Shown here: positions 1-11,734 of the stretch, in pieces
Layout of the letters: each line of letters starts with the position of its first letter
Position numbering within the stretch: the first letter of the stretch is position 1
Assembly (NCBI GenBank): GCA_963575745.1
Contig: CAUYUJ010000002.1
Span: 868,001-932,000, forward strand
Source of the DNA: Prorocentrum cordatum
Taxonomy: Eukaryota
Length of the DNA stretch: 64,000 bases
Direction of reading: 5' to 3'
Translations under genes and position numbers: made by a program
The notes under the pieces: generated by a model
Seen by the model: the letters and a program-made list of their open reading frames with translations, nothing else
The model's database searches: none
Told to the model about the DNA's origin: nothing

Positions 1-302
1 ACCATCCAGATTACGACCCCGACGAGGGTTCAAGATGGATTAAACAGTCAGATGACTGCCGTGTATATTGTTGGACATCGGAGCTGCTGGTGGATTCGCC
101 GATGATCAAGATGAAACAGATCATCGAGATACACAGTGGCGCAGACAGAATTGTAATGGACAAAACACAGTCGCATTTACAATTAGAGATTCGATTTGGA
201 TCGAAAGCATGGAATGCAGAATCATACCAATTGAACTACGATCATACCCACAAATGGGCACGTGACTGACCAAATTGCAGCGCAGATCATTTCTTCAAAA
301 AG

Positions 303-2138
303 TTGATACATTACCTCGACCCAGAGACTATCGAGGAGTCGGCCACAGGCATCTTTCAATGGATCTCCAAAGTATACCAGAACATCTTGAAAGATAGTAT
401 TGCGGAGCTTCCAGATTTCACCAAAGAGGCCATCCATGAGAAACATCCTGCACTCCAGGCATTGCGTGACCTATTCAAAAATTGTACTGAGACATACGGT
501 AATCCAGACTTTCCTGTATGGGAAGAGCCGGTGGAAACACCTGCTGCGCCTCGTGGGCAAGGCGCTGAGCAGGATATTCCCCAGGATCCAGGCAGCGTTG
601 CGTCTGCAGCTCCTGATCAGGAAACCATGGTACGTATCTTGGCCGAGCAGACGGGACTCAAGCGCGAGGAGGGCGACAACGAGGCCACCTTGCAGGAGAA
701 AGCTCGCCGTCTTCGTGAAGAGAACGCATGCCATGGCGGTGCCGAGGATACGGACAACACCAAGATAGAGTACAAAGGACTGCAAGGGGAAAGATTGTCT
801 AGGATCGAGATCGAGGGTTTAAGTAGATCAATCGCTTCCCGACCGAACACCGAGACCAATCGTGAGGCGATCAATCAGATCGGCCAGAGCCTCGCTCGCG
901 GTCAGGACACCCGCTGGGGATCCCGCGATCACCTCACTTCGGAAGGGGCCCCCGAGACGATATTGCATCCCATGCCGCTCTGTGAGAATTGCGGTCGAGA
1001 TCTGTCCCTCGGGATTGTCACAGGTGACGGCACATTTTGTGATATCTGTTGGCAGTATACCGTGGCCGTAGGCGCCACGGGTAAGAGCACCGCTACACAG
1101 AGCGATCTCGCGTACCTCCAGAAGATGACGAACTGGATCAAGAAGACACTCTCGGAGGACCACATCGCGAGATACATGAAGGACGGCGCGCACGTCATTA
1201 TGACGGGTGCGCGATCGCACGCAGGCAACGAGAAAGATCAGTTGCGGAGATTGGTCAATGCGCCCAGAAAGAGGCATCAGAAGTGGGTCGAATCAGGTAG
1301 CCCTCCTGCACACGAGCGCAGACTGATGGGCGAATCCGAGGACGACCGACCTCTGTACTACCCATTCGCCAATCTCGTACAACGCTTTCTCAACGACCTC
1401 AAGTTCCACCACCAAATGACAGGCGCCCGCGTGAACATCGGCAAGAAGCCCTGGACCGTGGAGGACATGCGCGATGCGTGGGACATCCTCGACGTCAGTA
1501 TTAGGACAGGACAGGCTGGTCGGAGGAAATGGTGGCTGAACGAGGGGCGCCTCGACAGGCAGACGCGGCAGGCCCGCGGACTGGTCACGGTTTCTCTACC
1601 TAGAAGAGACGGAACCCGTGAACAGTTCACTCAGCGTAAGCTTGCCGCGATTGCCAATGAGTTGTTAGGCTCCCTCGATCCGGCACATACCGACCAGAGG
1701 GGGGTTGATACAGGGATGAGAACCGATCCCGATGCACAATCCCACCAGTCCGATGATGCCATGGAGCCGCGCCATCCGCGGCCGCCGCCGCGCCCTGCTC
1801 CTGGCGACGCTGCTGCGCCCAGCGCCTCAGGCGCGACGGACTACGCGCCCGCGGGGCCGCGTACCAAGAGAGCGCGTACATCAGATTACGCCGCGTACTG
1901 GCGCGATGACCTCGAGGACAGCTACCGGGGGCTTAGGTACTGGAGTTACTACATCAACTGTTGGATCTACATCGCGATCAACAACGATGAGTACGTATAC
2001 ATCCAGGACGTCACGTACAATGATTGGTTTCGCAACTGGATCCCGAGATCGGCTTGGGAGACATTCGCGACGAGCTACGTGACGTACAACGGCCAGAGGA
2101 TGTGGGACCGCAGGTTCTACAAGAACGGCAACGCGTAG
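303..2138 (+). CDS. Orphan intronless 611-aa ORF of unknown function; CxxC-x15-CxxC putative zinc ribbon and W/Y-rich C-terminal domain; start codon uncertain
   Basis: Long non-repetitive ORF; CENC...CDIC at about 980-1050; TTG start, in-frame TGA at 267-269, so it may be the 3' part of a longer disrupted frame. Confidence 0.5.
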   Translation: MIHYLDPETIEESATGIFQWISKVYQNILKDSIAELPDFTKEAIHEKHPALQALRDLFKNCTETYGNPDFPVWEEPVETPAAPRGQGAEQDIPQDPGSVASAAPDQETMVRILAEQTGLKREEGDNEATLQEKARRLREENACHGGAEDTDNTKIEYKGLQGERLSRIEIEGLSRSIASRPNTETNREAINQIGQSLARGQDTRWGSRDHLTSEGAPETILHPMPLCENCGRDLSLGIVTGDGTFCDICWQYTVAVGATGKSTATQSDLAYLQKMTNWIKKTLSEDHIARYMKDGAHVIMTGARSHAGNEKDQLRRLVNAPRKRHQKWVESGSPPAHERRLMGESEDDRPLYYPFANLVQRFLNDLKFHHQMTGARVNIGKKPWTVEDMRDAWDILDVSIRTGQAGRRKWWLNEGRLDRQTRQARGLVTVSLPRRDGTREQFTQRKLAAIANELLGSLDPAHTDQRGVDTGMRTDPDAQSHQSDDAMEPRHPRPPPRPAPGDAAAPSASGATDYAPAGPRTKRARTSDYAAYWRDDLEDSYRGLRYWSYYINCWIYIAINNDEYVYIQDVTYNDWFRNWIPRSAWETFATSYVTYNGQRMWDRRFYKNGNA

Positions 2139-2144
2139 TGAGTC

Positions 2145-2276
2145 GGCCGCAAGGCCCACCGCTCAAAGGCACGAACTTCAATATAACCAAAGTTCGCCTT
2201 GAGCGGTGGCTATTGCTTTTTTGTTGCCACTTCATTATATAACACAAGTGGCCACACACACACACACGCACACACA
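2145..2276 (+). other. Stem-loops directly after the ORF stop, then a T-tract and a (CA)n microsatellite
   Basis: GGCC-GCAA-GGCC at 2145-2156; CCACCGCTCAAAGGCACGAACTT pairs with AAGTTCGCCTTGAGCGGTGG (2156-2209); T-run at about 2216-2222; CA repeat at about 2251-2276. Confidence 0.6.
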
Positions 2277-3592
2277 AATACCTTTTGCGATAACCGAGGC
2301 AGCCTCCTAAGGAGCAACGCCAACGGGAGTCGCCAAACAGAATTTATACACATGAGTTTTCGTCTTCATCAACACGACATTCCGTCTGGCCAGACATTTG
2401 TTTTTACACGAAGATGTGTTTCATTTCAAGATCGTGTTCGCCAGCGCGATCTTAGTATGCATATTTCAACAGTTTAAACCTGATTGCGTCGAGAATAATT
2501 TGATAGTTGGTGGCAACACCTGCCTCGCAGAAGCGAGACACAGTTTGCATGTTGCTTTAACGCTCAGATCTTCTTTCTCCGCCCACCCTTGTCTCATTTT
2601 TGTCCGCCCACGAGTGCCGAAGCGTTTTGGGGGGCGCACCGAGGGGGCACCAAAGTGTGCCTGGCGAAGAAAGGGGGACTCAGGGTGCTCCTTCTAACTT
2701 CACTTTGCAGCTGTGGCTTCGCTGATTTTAAGCCCAGCTGCCTACTGACTTAAGGACTAAAGGAGTTCAGAGGTTACGGATTCCCTTCCTCTGTTCCCGA
2801 GTCCTGCCTTCACGGGCGGGATTCGGGACGGGGGGTGTGAATGGAACCCGTGTAATACCATCATATATACTCCTTATCCTTACCTCTCCTGCGCCTGGCC
2901 GTTTGGGTTCAGGTATTGAGATAGATCGATCAGACCTTGATCGTGCGGGAGCGAAAGATATCCATCTATCCCTTCTCCTCTCTACCCACGGATCAGGTGT
3001 TCTGTGCCTTGGTTTTTCAATCCCATACACTACACAATTTTAACAGGAAACTGTGTTCAAACGGGACGGAAAGCTTAAAGACGAAACCGCTTGCAAGTCT
3101 AAAGTTTGTTTTTGTGGGAAAGCCGGTTTGGTGAGTCGGCCTTAGCGGGACATGCAAAATGGTGATGTATGTCGGGAATCCGTTTATGGATTAGCGGTGA
3201 AATCCGGTTTTGTCTTATTTGTATTGCATTGATTTTGTATTCGCCCGGATTGTAATAATATGTATTTCTTTCGATTGCGTAATCGTAAATGGCACGCGTT
3301 AACCGGATTGCAAACATTGCCGTAACCACACGGAAAAGCCTATAATATTCCTGACATTCTTCCGCATTGTTTCAAGAACCGAACCCGCGATCATAATGAT
3401 TATTCCGTTTGTCATATGCGGGCTTCCTGCAGCCAATTTAACGGCACTACATTTCGACGACGACTTGTCGATGACAACGATTTTTTTTTTTTGTTCCCTT
3501 GACATCCCAGCATCGGACCAGGTGACATCAAGGCGCATTCGAAAACCAAGTGCGGGTGAAACGGCGCCGCGAACACGCTAAGCAGCGTCACA

Positions 3593-3730
3593 GGAGGAGG
3601 AGGAGGAGGAGGAGGAGGAGGAGGAGGAGGAGGAGGAGGAGGAGGAGGAGGAGGAGGAAAAAGAGGAGGAGGAGAAAGAGGAGGAGGAGAAAGAGGAGGA
3701 GGAGAAAGAGGAGGACGAGGAGGAGGAGGA
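3593..3730. repeat. (GGA)n/(TCC)n microsatellite in the 3' UTR of the CRE-like element
   Basis: Direct inspection. Confidence 0.95.
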
Positions 3731-4376
3731 CTAGAGCACGTCCAGGTCAGCTAACGGACAGGGAGGCTCTTGAGGCGTAAAGGGCAGGTCTCCTCCCGGC
3801 CCCAAAACCGTCCTAGCGACGGCACGCTGTAAGGCGAGCCCCAAAATGCCCCACCACCTGTGCTGCAGACTTAGTGCGGCCCCTCTTCTGACTCGCGCGT
3901 GAAGGTCCCGAGTACGCTCTTGAGCTAAAGTGGGCACGAGGGAGATACTTTGTTCTCCCCACCTGCCGTAAACTTCGGCCCCTAAGCATTGGAGACTACC
4001 TAGGCCGCTGCTAATGACCTCAGCATAGGTGCTGTCGTTCTCTTGTTGCGCCCTCTCCAGCAATCTTCCTCCTCTGTTGCTCGTCCCCCCTCTCGGCTGA
4101 CCTCTCCCAGTTATGGGGTTCACCACCGTGACGTCGCAGAAGAGTGGAAGTCCTCTGGCCGCATTCGTGCACGTTACCACGATATCTAATCGGCGCATGT
4201 CCCCCTGAGGTATTGGTATGTTGGTAGTGTTTAGGTGCCGCTCCAAATTACGGTCAGGTACTTGTCCGCCAGCCTCCTTGAAGACTTGCCTCCAGGCGGC
4301 CATCAGTTCACTATGTCGGTTTTGCCACCCTCCGCCCGTCCCGTCTGCCAGGCGTCTGTGGCCATGCACATCCGGC

Positions 4377-4580
4377 CGTCGTGGACGCAGGTAATTCCGA
4401 ATCGACGTCGCACCGCACATACAAAATACGTATCGGCAATTTTGAGAATATCCGTAGTCGGGCATACAAGTAACATTCCGGCTCGTCGTGGACGCAGGTA
4501 ATTCCGAATCGACGTCGCACCGCACATACAAAATACGTATCGGCAATTTTGAGAATATCCGTAGTCGGGCATACAAGTAA
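4377..4580. repeat. Internal tandem duplication of about 97 bp disrupting the CRE-like ORF
   Basis: CGTCGTGGACGCAGG...GGGCATACAAGTAA at 4377-4473 and again at 4484-4580. Confidence 0.9.
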
Positions 4581-5685
4581 TCATTCCAAAGCAAACCGTC
4601 CCATAGTTGAATGCACCCGTGCCTTGCCTGTGGATATTGCATTCGCTCGTTGATTAGGTAGTGCTAAGTCTCGGAGTAGGTCGGCATGGGCTGCAGATTC
4701 GAAGTTGTACGAAGCATGGTATTACCATCCATGTTGCCACTCCCCCAAGATAATCTGCATGTTGTCTGGTGTCGGTGGTCGTTCTCCAGCTGCGACGTTT
4801 GCCCACGTAGGTCGTTCAGCCCACCCTGCTGTGACACATCGTCGTCCCGCTACTTCCGCGGCGATAACACAACGTGGTGCGTTAGTTGCATTGGGGTTCG
4901 CAGTAGTTCCCGCCATATTGAGATAGTACAGCGCCCTGTGTCCTATAGCAGGGAATCTGGCGATCAGATCCGGGAGGGCGTCTGCCCAACTAGCCCAATA
5001 TGCTGCATGGGACGTGCGGGCGGAGTCCCTGAGGCCCATCCCAGCGAGTCTGAGCGGTAACTTACTTCGAGAATTTCATGGCGACGACCTGTTAGACGAT
5101 AACGACATTTCCTTGGCCGACCTCTTGCACGTGATCTTTCTTCCTCTTCACCCTCTTCCTCATTCGGACCTCACAGAGCAATTATGGCCACACGAAACGG
5201 CCATGCCGACTTCCCAACGGCCGCTAAGTCAGAACGCGGCCGCGGTCGCGATACTTTTCGTTCGGCAGCTGTAAAGAGAAATCTCGACGACCTGCTAGGC
5301 GATTACGAAATTTTCCCTTTAGCCTTCTTCGACCTCCTCCTCTTGGACCTTCTCTTTTGCTCTTCTTCTTCGTTCTTCTCTTCATGCTCCTCGCCCTTTC
5401 TTTTTCATTCGCTTACTCCTCGATTTTTTTCTTTTCCGATTTCTTTCCCCAATCAGAGTTTGCCGCCGTTAGGCTCCAAATAGATTTATATGATAGAGTA
5501 CGAAGCCCCGTCGTGGATTTCGGTGGCCGGGCCCGGGAACCCAAGTGTCAGGGGACGCCCGGGCGCAGTGCAAATTCAAAACCATCTTCAATGCTATTCA
5601 CACAGGTGTGGGAGCAGGTTTCGTCTCGCTGGGCTTCGTTTTCGGGGATGCGCATGTAGTTGCGAGTTTCGTTTTCCAGGTGCGA

Positions 5686-5846
5686 GCCCCGTCATTGCCA
5701 GTTGGCGGTCCCGTTGTTGCCAGTTGCCAGTTCCGTTGTTGCCAGTTGCAAGTCCCGTTGTTGCCAGTTGCGTGTCCCGTTGTTGCCGGTTGCGAGTCCC
5801 GTTGTTGCAGCTGCGAGTTCCGTTGTTCAGTTGCGAGTCCCGTTGC
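5686..5846. repeat. Minisatellite with a unit of about 21-22 bp (CCCGTTGTTGCCAGTTGCGAGT)
   Basis: About 7 degenerate tandem copies. Confidence 0.85.
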
Positions 5847-5859
5847 CCTTCACGGTGTT

Positions 5860-6839
5860 GCGTGCATTGGGCGGTGGGCCGCATGCCCGGGCGAATGCAG
5901 CGACGGCAGGAAAAGCACGGCTACGATCATGTATGGGTCCTTATGCGGCAATTTGGCTCGCAGTATGTCCAACCACAGATAGTTTAACCATGGACAATGC
6001 AACTACATCTTGCGCTAAGCGACGACGACTCGGAATTTGGACCCGCACGGCCATTCTCGAATGTCGGATAACACGTATAGTCGCCTCAATTCTCGACATA
6101 CGTGGATGGTCACAGGTTGGCGCCAGGTCTTTACAAAGGGCGGGGGGCTCATACCTGATCGGAACATAGAGCGCACCCTAAGCACGACGCATGTTCCGGT
6201 GCCCGCAGGAGACTCGAGACGACTCGACCTCATCGTCCCTTGCACGAATGTGGCACGAGGCTTACCGCTGTTTTGTGATATCACAGTGGTTTCCTCAATT
6301 CAAAGGACGGGAGCCGCTTGGACGGGCACAAGCAACCAGAGTGATGGGCTACTAGAAAGGGCTGAAAACGAAAACAACAACACATACAGGGAAGTGGTGG
6401 ACTCAGGACTTGGGGGCTCTACTGTGCTTGGGATCAGAGGTGTATGGACGATGGGGCAACCAATGTATTCAAATCGTTCCCGCTCTGGCCAGAGAAAGGT
6501 GCCGATTTTTCCCAGCAAGGGTACGGCGTGGGACTGAATTAGGCTTGCTTCATCGTTGGTAGGGGTTACTTGGCATTGCCCTGCAACGATCAGTGGCGCA
6601 CATGGTCCTACATGACCCCGGAGACCTACCAACGACCTCACTTGAGCCGGCCCCCGGCCTGGCTGATTTGGAGGTCCTCCTCCTCCTCCTCCGCCTCCTC
6701 CTCCTCTTTAGCTGCTTAGCCGCCGCGCTGCCGCCGCGCTGCTGCCGCCCTTCGTCTTAGACGTTTTTCGGGCGTCGCTGCTCTGTCTCACCCGCCGCCT
6801 TCGTCGTCACTTGTTGCTGCCTGGGGTGATAAAAAAAAA
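5860..6839 (+). mobile_element. Second CRE-like non-LTR 3' fragment (RLE domain), frameshifted
   Basis: WRQVFTKGGGLIPDRNIER..RRLDLIV..LFCDITVV, clearly homologous to 3731-4642; ends LADLEVL, then (TCC)n, then poly(A) at 6831-6839. Confidence 0.8.
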
Positions 6840-6879
6840 TCTTGCACGGAGACGGTGGCAAACAAACCGATGCATTTAT

Positions 6880-7900
6880 GCCAACTCTGATCTGTTTCGC
6901 ATTACAACCGGCGCTGGCCCACGCCAAAAAATTCTGCCTCCCGGGACCGAGATCGTTGCGTAATTAGACTACATGTACGTGGTGTGCGAGCCGGAAAATT
7001 GCGCAAATTTATTAAACAATTGGATCGAAAATATCATGGGACATGTGTCGTATCAGTGCTAATTTGAGCAATCTTGTGGTTTGGGGACAATGTTGCACCG
7101 TGCCCTCCTGACTTCCTGACGCACGCGGCGGATGCATGGTGTTCTAACAAGCCCCTACCAGAACGCGGAATGAAAACATTAGGGGCACCATTTGGGAGCG
7201 CCGAATACGTAAATAATTTCGGAACCAGCATGAACGCAAAAAGGCCGAAGCTGCTTGACTACCTTCCTTAGCCCACCTCGACGCAAAATGCGTGGCTCCT
7301 CTTGTATTTCTGCGCAGTCTCCCGGATGAATCACATCTTGCAGACCACGCCCCCTTCACTCGCACGTTTGCTTGTACCATCATCGATATTGTCGGCATCT
7401 CATCGGGCACAACATGGGATCCTGATATACATGGGATACAATACGACTCTTGGGTGCAACAAGCGAGATTACCTCTACGATTTGCGGGTGCAGGCTTACG
7501 AGATGCATGCCGAACAAGCCCGGCTGCGTATTGGGCAAGCTGGGCCGATGCTTTGCCCGAGCTGCTCCAACGTTTCCCTACAGTCGGGAACCATATCCTG
7601 TTCCACCTCAGCGCGCTCTCTTCCAACAGCGACAACATGACACTAGTCCCGCATGCGTGGTCGCAACGGACACTGCGGGCCAGCATTGCGTCAATATGGG
7701 ATGGGAGGACCGCCCAAGTTGGACGGCGTTGGCCGACGGTCTCCAATCATCAGTGGTGTCAGAACACACTGAACTTGGCGAGTGGAAACATGGGTGGCAA
7801 TATCATGCATCGAACGCTGTGGAACTCGCTGCCCACCGCAAGTTGCTCCAGAGCTTCGTTGGCCCTGGTGCGCACTCAAATCGTACACGGACATGCTGAG
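6880..7900 (+). pseudogene. Degenerate RT/thumb region of a CRE-like element
   Basis: CFALQPAL..IVA*LDYMYVVC (decayed YLDD motif), GMKTLGAPFGS, ARLPLRFAGAGLRDA..AAYWASWADALP, GEWKHGWQYHAS across several frames. Confidence 0.7.
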
Positions 7901-7912
7901 AGCAGGATCCGG

Positions 7913-8700
7913 CCGACACAATCCCACCAGCTTTCTGGGCGTCGGTGGTTTAGGGCGTTTCCTCTTCCACCCCTCCCTCTTCCCCTTCGGGGAGGAGTTT
8001 ACCCCTCCCCCTACGCCCTCCCCGCTGACCTGGACAAAAGGAGCGGGGAGCGGTCAGAGCGTTCAAAACAGCCTCGGCGAGGAAGCCAAAATCATTGATT
8101 TTAGTAAGGTTTTGGCCCCATTTTGGCCTCCTGGGGGGGCAGCGCTAAGTGAAGCTCAGCTCTTCTTTGATAGATCTCCTCCAAGATGGCACGAAGAAGC
8201 GCCCAGGAGGCCCCAAGAGGTCCCAAGATGGCCCCAAGATGGCCCCAAGAGGCCCCCAGAAGGCCCCCAAGAAGACCCTCAGAGGCGCCAAAAGGCTCCC
8301 CCCCCGAGGCACCCAAGACCCCGAAAAGCCCCCCAGGATTGCCAAGAGACCCCCAAGACGTCTCACTCCAAGAGGCTCCTAGAGACATCCAAGAGACCTC
8401 TGGCCCTTGTGCTTGCCCTCCTCCTCCTCCTCCTGTTCCTCCTTGCTGCTCCTACTCCTTCTTTTCCTCCTCCTCCTCCTCCTCCTCCTCCTCCTCCTCC
8501 GCCTCCTCCTCATCCTATTCATCCTCCGTCTTCCCACTCCCTCATCCATCCATCCATCCATCCACCTCCTCCTTCTCCTCCTCACTCCTTTGCACGGTTC
8601 GGCCGTCCTCTTCTTTGCTGCCGCACTTCCCTGATCACCTCAACTCGCCTGGACATCGTTTCGGGATGGGCTGGTGGGGATAAGCGAAGCGTCTAGAATT
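7913..8700. repeat. Non-coding interspersed repeat family (CCAAGATGGCCCCAAG-rich body plus CCT tract)
   Basis: Related motif-rich tracts at about 12780-12845, 14845-14875, 56765-57430 and 63750-64000; the head ACAATCCCACCAGC is shared with 56768. Confidence 0.6.
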
Positions 8701-9847
8701 TGGGTTCACACCAAAACGCAGCACGATAGACGCTATTTCAATCGCTCGCCGTATGATCGACGCCGCGATTTGCACTCAAGAGCATGGGTTAATAGCTGTA
8801 TTTCTGGATTGGGCAGAAGCGTTCGTTAGAGTTAAACACGATGTATTGCTCCAAACTTTGAAAAAGTCTGGCATTCCAAAACCCATGTTGGCACTTTTCG
8901 GAACAATTTATGCGGAACGCTCATTTCTCTTGAAAAATCCCGCCGGCGACTCCAGCGTCAGGCAACAACGCACAGGCATTGTTCAAGGTTGCCCTCTTTC
9001 ACCATACCTGTTCATCATCCTTCAGACGGTCATGTTCTACGACGTCGACGAGACCTTCAACATTATGGCGGTTGATTGGCAAGAGCCATATGATGTTGTA
9101 TGCAATGATATATTATGTGCCGACGACACAATGCTTGTAAGTGCCAACAAATCCAAGCTCAAAATGCTGCTGGATTTGACAATCGAAATGGGGAGTCAAT
9201 ATGGTCTTGATGTGAACTGGGACAAAAACAGTGGTGATGCAAATCAACAATCATAAGATGATTTACGATTTCTTTTCAAAGCCGCTCAACATTGTACAGC
9301 AGGCAATGTATTTGGGGGGACTGTTACACAGTGCTACCGCAAACAAGCCCGAAGTCACAAGACGCTTGGGAGAAGCACAACAAATTTCCAGAGCACTGGC
9401 AACATGCTGGAACCATACGGGTATCAGCAAACAACGAAAATTACGCCTCTTCGACGCCATCATAACCCCAACACTTTTGTACAATTTGGATTCTTCATGG
9501 ATATTACAGCAGACCGGGATCGATTGGATAGTTCTCAAGTTGGTTGCCTGCGGAATATTCCGAACATCCAGCACGCATATGATTCGAGCGTTTCCAACGC
9601 AGAGGTTCTTTCTTCAGCACAGGCAAAGCTTCTCAACGAGACCCTACAGAAAAGACACATTCAAACCTATGTCAAGATATCGGAAGCGCCAGAAGACAAC
9701 CCTCTCAAAGCACTTGTTTGTGAACCAGGTGGCGCCGCCCCGAGGCAATGGAAATGTGTTCGAAAGAAGGGTCGCCCAAAATTGCAGTGGGCAAGTTGCA
9801 TGTACACATTGCTTCAAAAAGATCAGGAGGAATCGCAATACCTGTGA
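8701..9847 (+). pseudogene. 5'-truncated RTE-like LINE reverse transcriptase fragment with frameshifts
   Basis: VFLDWAEAF, TGIVQGCPLSPYLF, LCADDTMLV, YLGG and terminal RKKGRP..W motifs across ORFs 8753-9256, 9231-9851 and 9404-9847. Confidence 0.85.
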
Positions 9848-11527
9848 ATGAGCGCCCCCAAGGAAAAAACTTCATCTTCCTCGTCGTTCTCCTCTCTCCT
9901 CCCTCCGCTGGCGCGTCCTGCATGCGTTTGGCATGTTATGTAGTATTTTTGCACGCGTTTGGCGTGTCTGCTTCGTTCTGCCGAAGCGCCGTGCCATAGT
10001 CTGGCGCATGGCTTCTGTCTGTCTGTTCCTGGGCTCGGCATTGCTCACGGATTGCCATTGTTTTGTGACGTTCTTGTGTAGTCCTGCCTTGCCCGTGCTC
10101 AAAGCGTGCGGCCTGGCACCAACAACAGAGCGGGCAATGATTTGGCAAGGGCCGAAAAAGAGACACACATGTGAATTACCACGATCATTGCATCAAAGCT
10201 GGGTCACTAGTCTGGGGGCTGACGTGATTGAAAACTTGGGCAAACAATCCGTGCGGTTACTGCTAGCCCTGGCCATGGAACGGTGCAAGTACCTACACGT
10301 GCGGGTACGGCGGAGTGCTAAGATGGTTTTTTTTACACAGATGGTGGTTTTTTTCGGAATTACCTTCCAAAGGTTCATAGGCCACATGGTCTTGGAAAAA
10401 TGGTCGGGCATTCCCACTCTGAGGTTTGAGGCTGCCTGCCCGCTGGATGGGCTTGCTGCTTTGTAGGCTGCTGGTGGTGTTTTTCATCTCCTCCTCCTCC
10501 TTTTCCTCCTGCTCCTCCTCTTCCTCCTCTCCCTCCTCCTCCTCCTCCTCCTCCTCCTCCTCCACCCCCTCCTCCTTTGAACCTGCTTCGCCCGGCGTTG
10601 AGGCTTCGCAAATGCGCTGTTTCACCCTTCTGGTTTTCAGGGCGGAGGCCTGCTGATATAACTCCGTGCTTTTTATGATGAAAAACCTGGAGCCTCATTG
10701 TAGAAACCCGTGGTCGTTAACGTGGAACCCCGTAGGCCTTACAAGAAACATGAACATGTGGGTCTCGCCCGTTTCAAGTGCAATTCATTTGTTTCAAGTT
10801 GAAATTCATTTGATGATTCCGCCCCGTACGGTTTTCAGCGCAATTTCATTTTTTGGTTCGTAGACGGACGAACTACTCAAGACAGAACCCGATGTGTTTC
10901 CATACCTATTATAACATCCTGGAATTTGTGGCACACCAGTCCAATCTTCAAATTGTTCCCTGGATACATGCCAGTTTCTAAGTCGATCTGTGTGTGTGCG
11001 TTTATGCGGATATGTTGTGGGAAATCCATTGCGTCGATGTGCCCCCTCACGAATGAACAAGCCGAACAATGCCCGGGCGTTCGCTTTCCTGAATTCGAGT
11101 TGCGCGCCGGGTTATTTTGCGGGACAGGGCGTGGGAAATTAGGCAAGTCGCCCAATATTCGTTGTTCACATGCATACCAAAAAGCCGTTCCGAAAAAAAA
11201 TGCCCACAGTGCTCGCAACATGCATTCTTCTATGGATTTCAACATGCTTACAACATTCCCCCTTTGTGGGATGCTGGCGCTCCACGTGGGCCCTCCGTTG
11301 TCGCCCCAAGACAACCCGATTACAACTCCAAAGAGGGCTCCCAAACGCTACGTTTCGCGGGTTTTCGCTCGGAGAAATGTGCTTCCCCCCCCTTGGAAAT
11401 TCCGGGGGAGGAGGAGAGGGGGTAAACTCTCTGAACTCTCCTTCACGTCCTGCTCCTGATTCCAAAATCGGAAGGCGGGGGGGTGGTTTACTTTTCTCTC
11501 CGTCCACAAGGGGAAATACGCAGAAAG

Positions 11528-11672
11528 CATCTATACAACACCACCCTGCCTGGCCGGGGCCATCCTGGGCCCTGGCATGGTGCATACGCCTCCTGGCCGA
11601 GGCAAGAAAGGTCTATACACCATCGTGGAGCCCAGGGTGGCCCTGGCCAGGCACGGTGGTGGTGTATAGATG
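11528..11672. repeat. 145-bp foldback (MITE-like) with 43-bp inverted arms
   Basis: 11528-11570 matches the reverse complement of 11630-11672 at 39/43. Confidence 0.7.
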
Positions 11673-11699
11673 GCATCTCAAGGAAAGGCAGGGGCGGCA

Positions 11700-11703
11700 G
11701 CGG

Positions 11704-11734
<31 letters not shown>

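Larger units (their letters stand above)
3480..5065 (-). mobile_element. 3' portion of a CRE-like non-LTR retrotransposon (post-RT region plus restriction-like endonuclease), degenerate
   Basis: GLRDSARTSHAAYWASWADALP (4722-5039 ORF); RLE-type RRLDIVV..FCDVTV..EVYGRWG (3731-4642 ORF); followed on the minus strand by (TCC)n and a poly(A) at 3481-3492. Confidence 0.8.

Noticed and set aside
2700..3010. Hammerhead ribozyme
   Set aside because: GAAA is present but no CUGANGA core was seen on either strand
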